A DNA stretch of 64,000 nt from an uncultured Planctomycetota bacterium (GTDB taxonomy: Bacteria > Planctomycetota > Planctomycetia > Pirellulales > Lacipirellulaceae): positions 77,213 to 141,212 of the forward strand of contig CAVRBU010000018.1 of assembly GCA_963719315.1 (NCBI GenBank), given 5' to 3'. Numbering within the stretch: the stretch's first letter is position 1; each line of letters opens with the position of its first letter. The position numbers and the translations under genes are program-made. Below are positions 62,786 through 64,000 of the stretch, piece by piece. Under the pieces are notes generated by a model. The model saw nothing but the letters and a program-made list of their open reading frames with translations. It did not search any database and was not told where the DNA came from.

Positions 62786-63548
62786 ATGAGGTAGCCGCGC
62801 GATGCGGCTGCTGACCGGACCCGGGAGTACAACGCCAGAATTGCAACGGTGAGCACTAGCGAAGGAGTTGGCTCGGGGACGGGGACGACGAACAGCATTG
62901 GGCCAAGTTCAACGCCGTCGACGAGGAGAAAACCTGTCGGAACTTGAAACAAATCGGTTCCCCCCCTGCGAGTCGGCTGGGCCACCGAGGTCGATGCGTG
63001 GATCTGTTGGGATCGTGTGTGGTTCGAACGGGCCGCGACGATCAAGCGCGTAACGGACTACATCGGTCGGCGATGCGGTGCTGTCAGTTCCACCTAAAAT
63101 GTAGGAACCCGGGCTCAGTGTCAGCGGGCCGCTAGGGATGGCAACTTTGCGGTATGGACCGTCCAGCGGTGCTGCGATGAATGGTGGGCGAGAGATTATG
63201 ATACCGTCGCCAAGTGTAGAGAAGTTTTGGTAAATAATTGGGTATAAGTTGGTCTGATTTGGCCATCCGACTTCTTCCAGAGTCCGACGACGTGGAATTG
63301 AGATAGTCCGTCTCCATCTTTGTCGTACCAACCAACATCCGTCGCGACGATCGGGGTGGTCACCTTGAATGTCCACCCCACGGTGCAATTACAATTCGCT
63401 TCGTCGAAGCCGAAGAATTTGCCTGGGCTTAGTAGTTGGGCGAATCTGTCGCTGGGTTGATGTTAACGAGTGGGACAGACGCAGCGTTCACGCCTCCGAT
63501 GAATAATAGTCCGCCGAAGACCGTCGTGAGCAATAGGACAACCTTCAC
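62786..63548 (-). pseudogene. PEP-CTERM protein (DUF4082-like), three frameshifts, 3' end interrupted by IS630
   Basis: SD GGAGG plus GTG 63548 signal peptide; TVGWTFKV..P....VGWYD.DGDGL...H.VGLW; L.L.PGSY.LGG; VPVPEPT plus TM segment. Confidence 0.7.
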
Positions 63549-64000
63549 AGCATGCCTCCCCTAGTTCTGGCGACTAACGTTCCCCTGCCTGGTAGCTTAA
63601 CAATATACCATCCATCGACGACAACCGCGAGAGCTGCACGTGCTGAAACAGACAGTCGGCAGCTACGCATTTACGAATGCTAAAGCGCGTGAGTCGACTG
63701 CGGAACGACCTCCAATACAATCTCGTTTCCCAAATAAGGCGGTTGAATCTCGGCCTCGGTGCGACAATACGTTGGTTTGGCGGTATTCGTCGCCGCAAAT
63801 CCCTTTGGCGAAGAATTATTAAAAGGGGACGGGAGTCAAATCGTGTAACAATAACTACCATTGCCTTTTACTTATTCCTGTCTGCACCGCGACTTGGGAA
63901 ACCGGCGAGATGACAACATAATTGACGCGAGCTACTTGTGACGGTCAGGCCCATGCTCCTGGCCGATCTGGCCACAGAGCGGCATAAACAAGCGGGTATT

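Overview
GC-rich bacterial chromosomal segment, almost certainly from a Planctomycete (Pirellulales, Lacipirellulaceae-like), judged from DUF1559 prepilin-like, BBP7-like barrel, PEP-CTERM/'GDFNNNGAVDAADYVVWRK' proteins, fae-mtd and a double-length UvrA. Left to right: thrS-infC-(insert)-rpmI-rplT-pheS-pheT, where PheRS is the archaeal/eukaryotic type; an acyl-CoA synthetase; a 5-gene MacB-type ABC/DUF3299 operon (candidate metal-handling system); folC, tal, a SEC-C/TPR protein, ribD, uvrA, a SAM methyltransferase, mtd-fae, DUF1559, a ParE/RelE toxin-antitoxin pair, nadA, an orphan FliN domain, an ultra-Cys-rich secreted protein, two PQQ-like beta-propellers, a candidate 6S-like ncRNA, a PP2C phosphatase, a Tad minor-pilin cassette, PEP-CTERM genes and two IS elements. 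The most striking pattern is a set of palindromic repeat families (GTAG-type REP doublets and hairpins with 7-9-mer repeat arms). They sit in intergenic DNA, sometimes nested, and also occur in frame inside housekeeping genes (pheS, pheT, folC, uvrA x4). More than ten single-base frameshifts in otherwise intact genes are most likely long-read sequencing errors. All family assignments come from motif recognition, not database searches.
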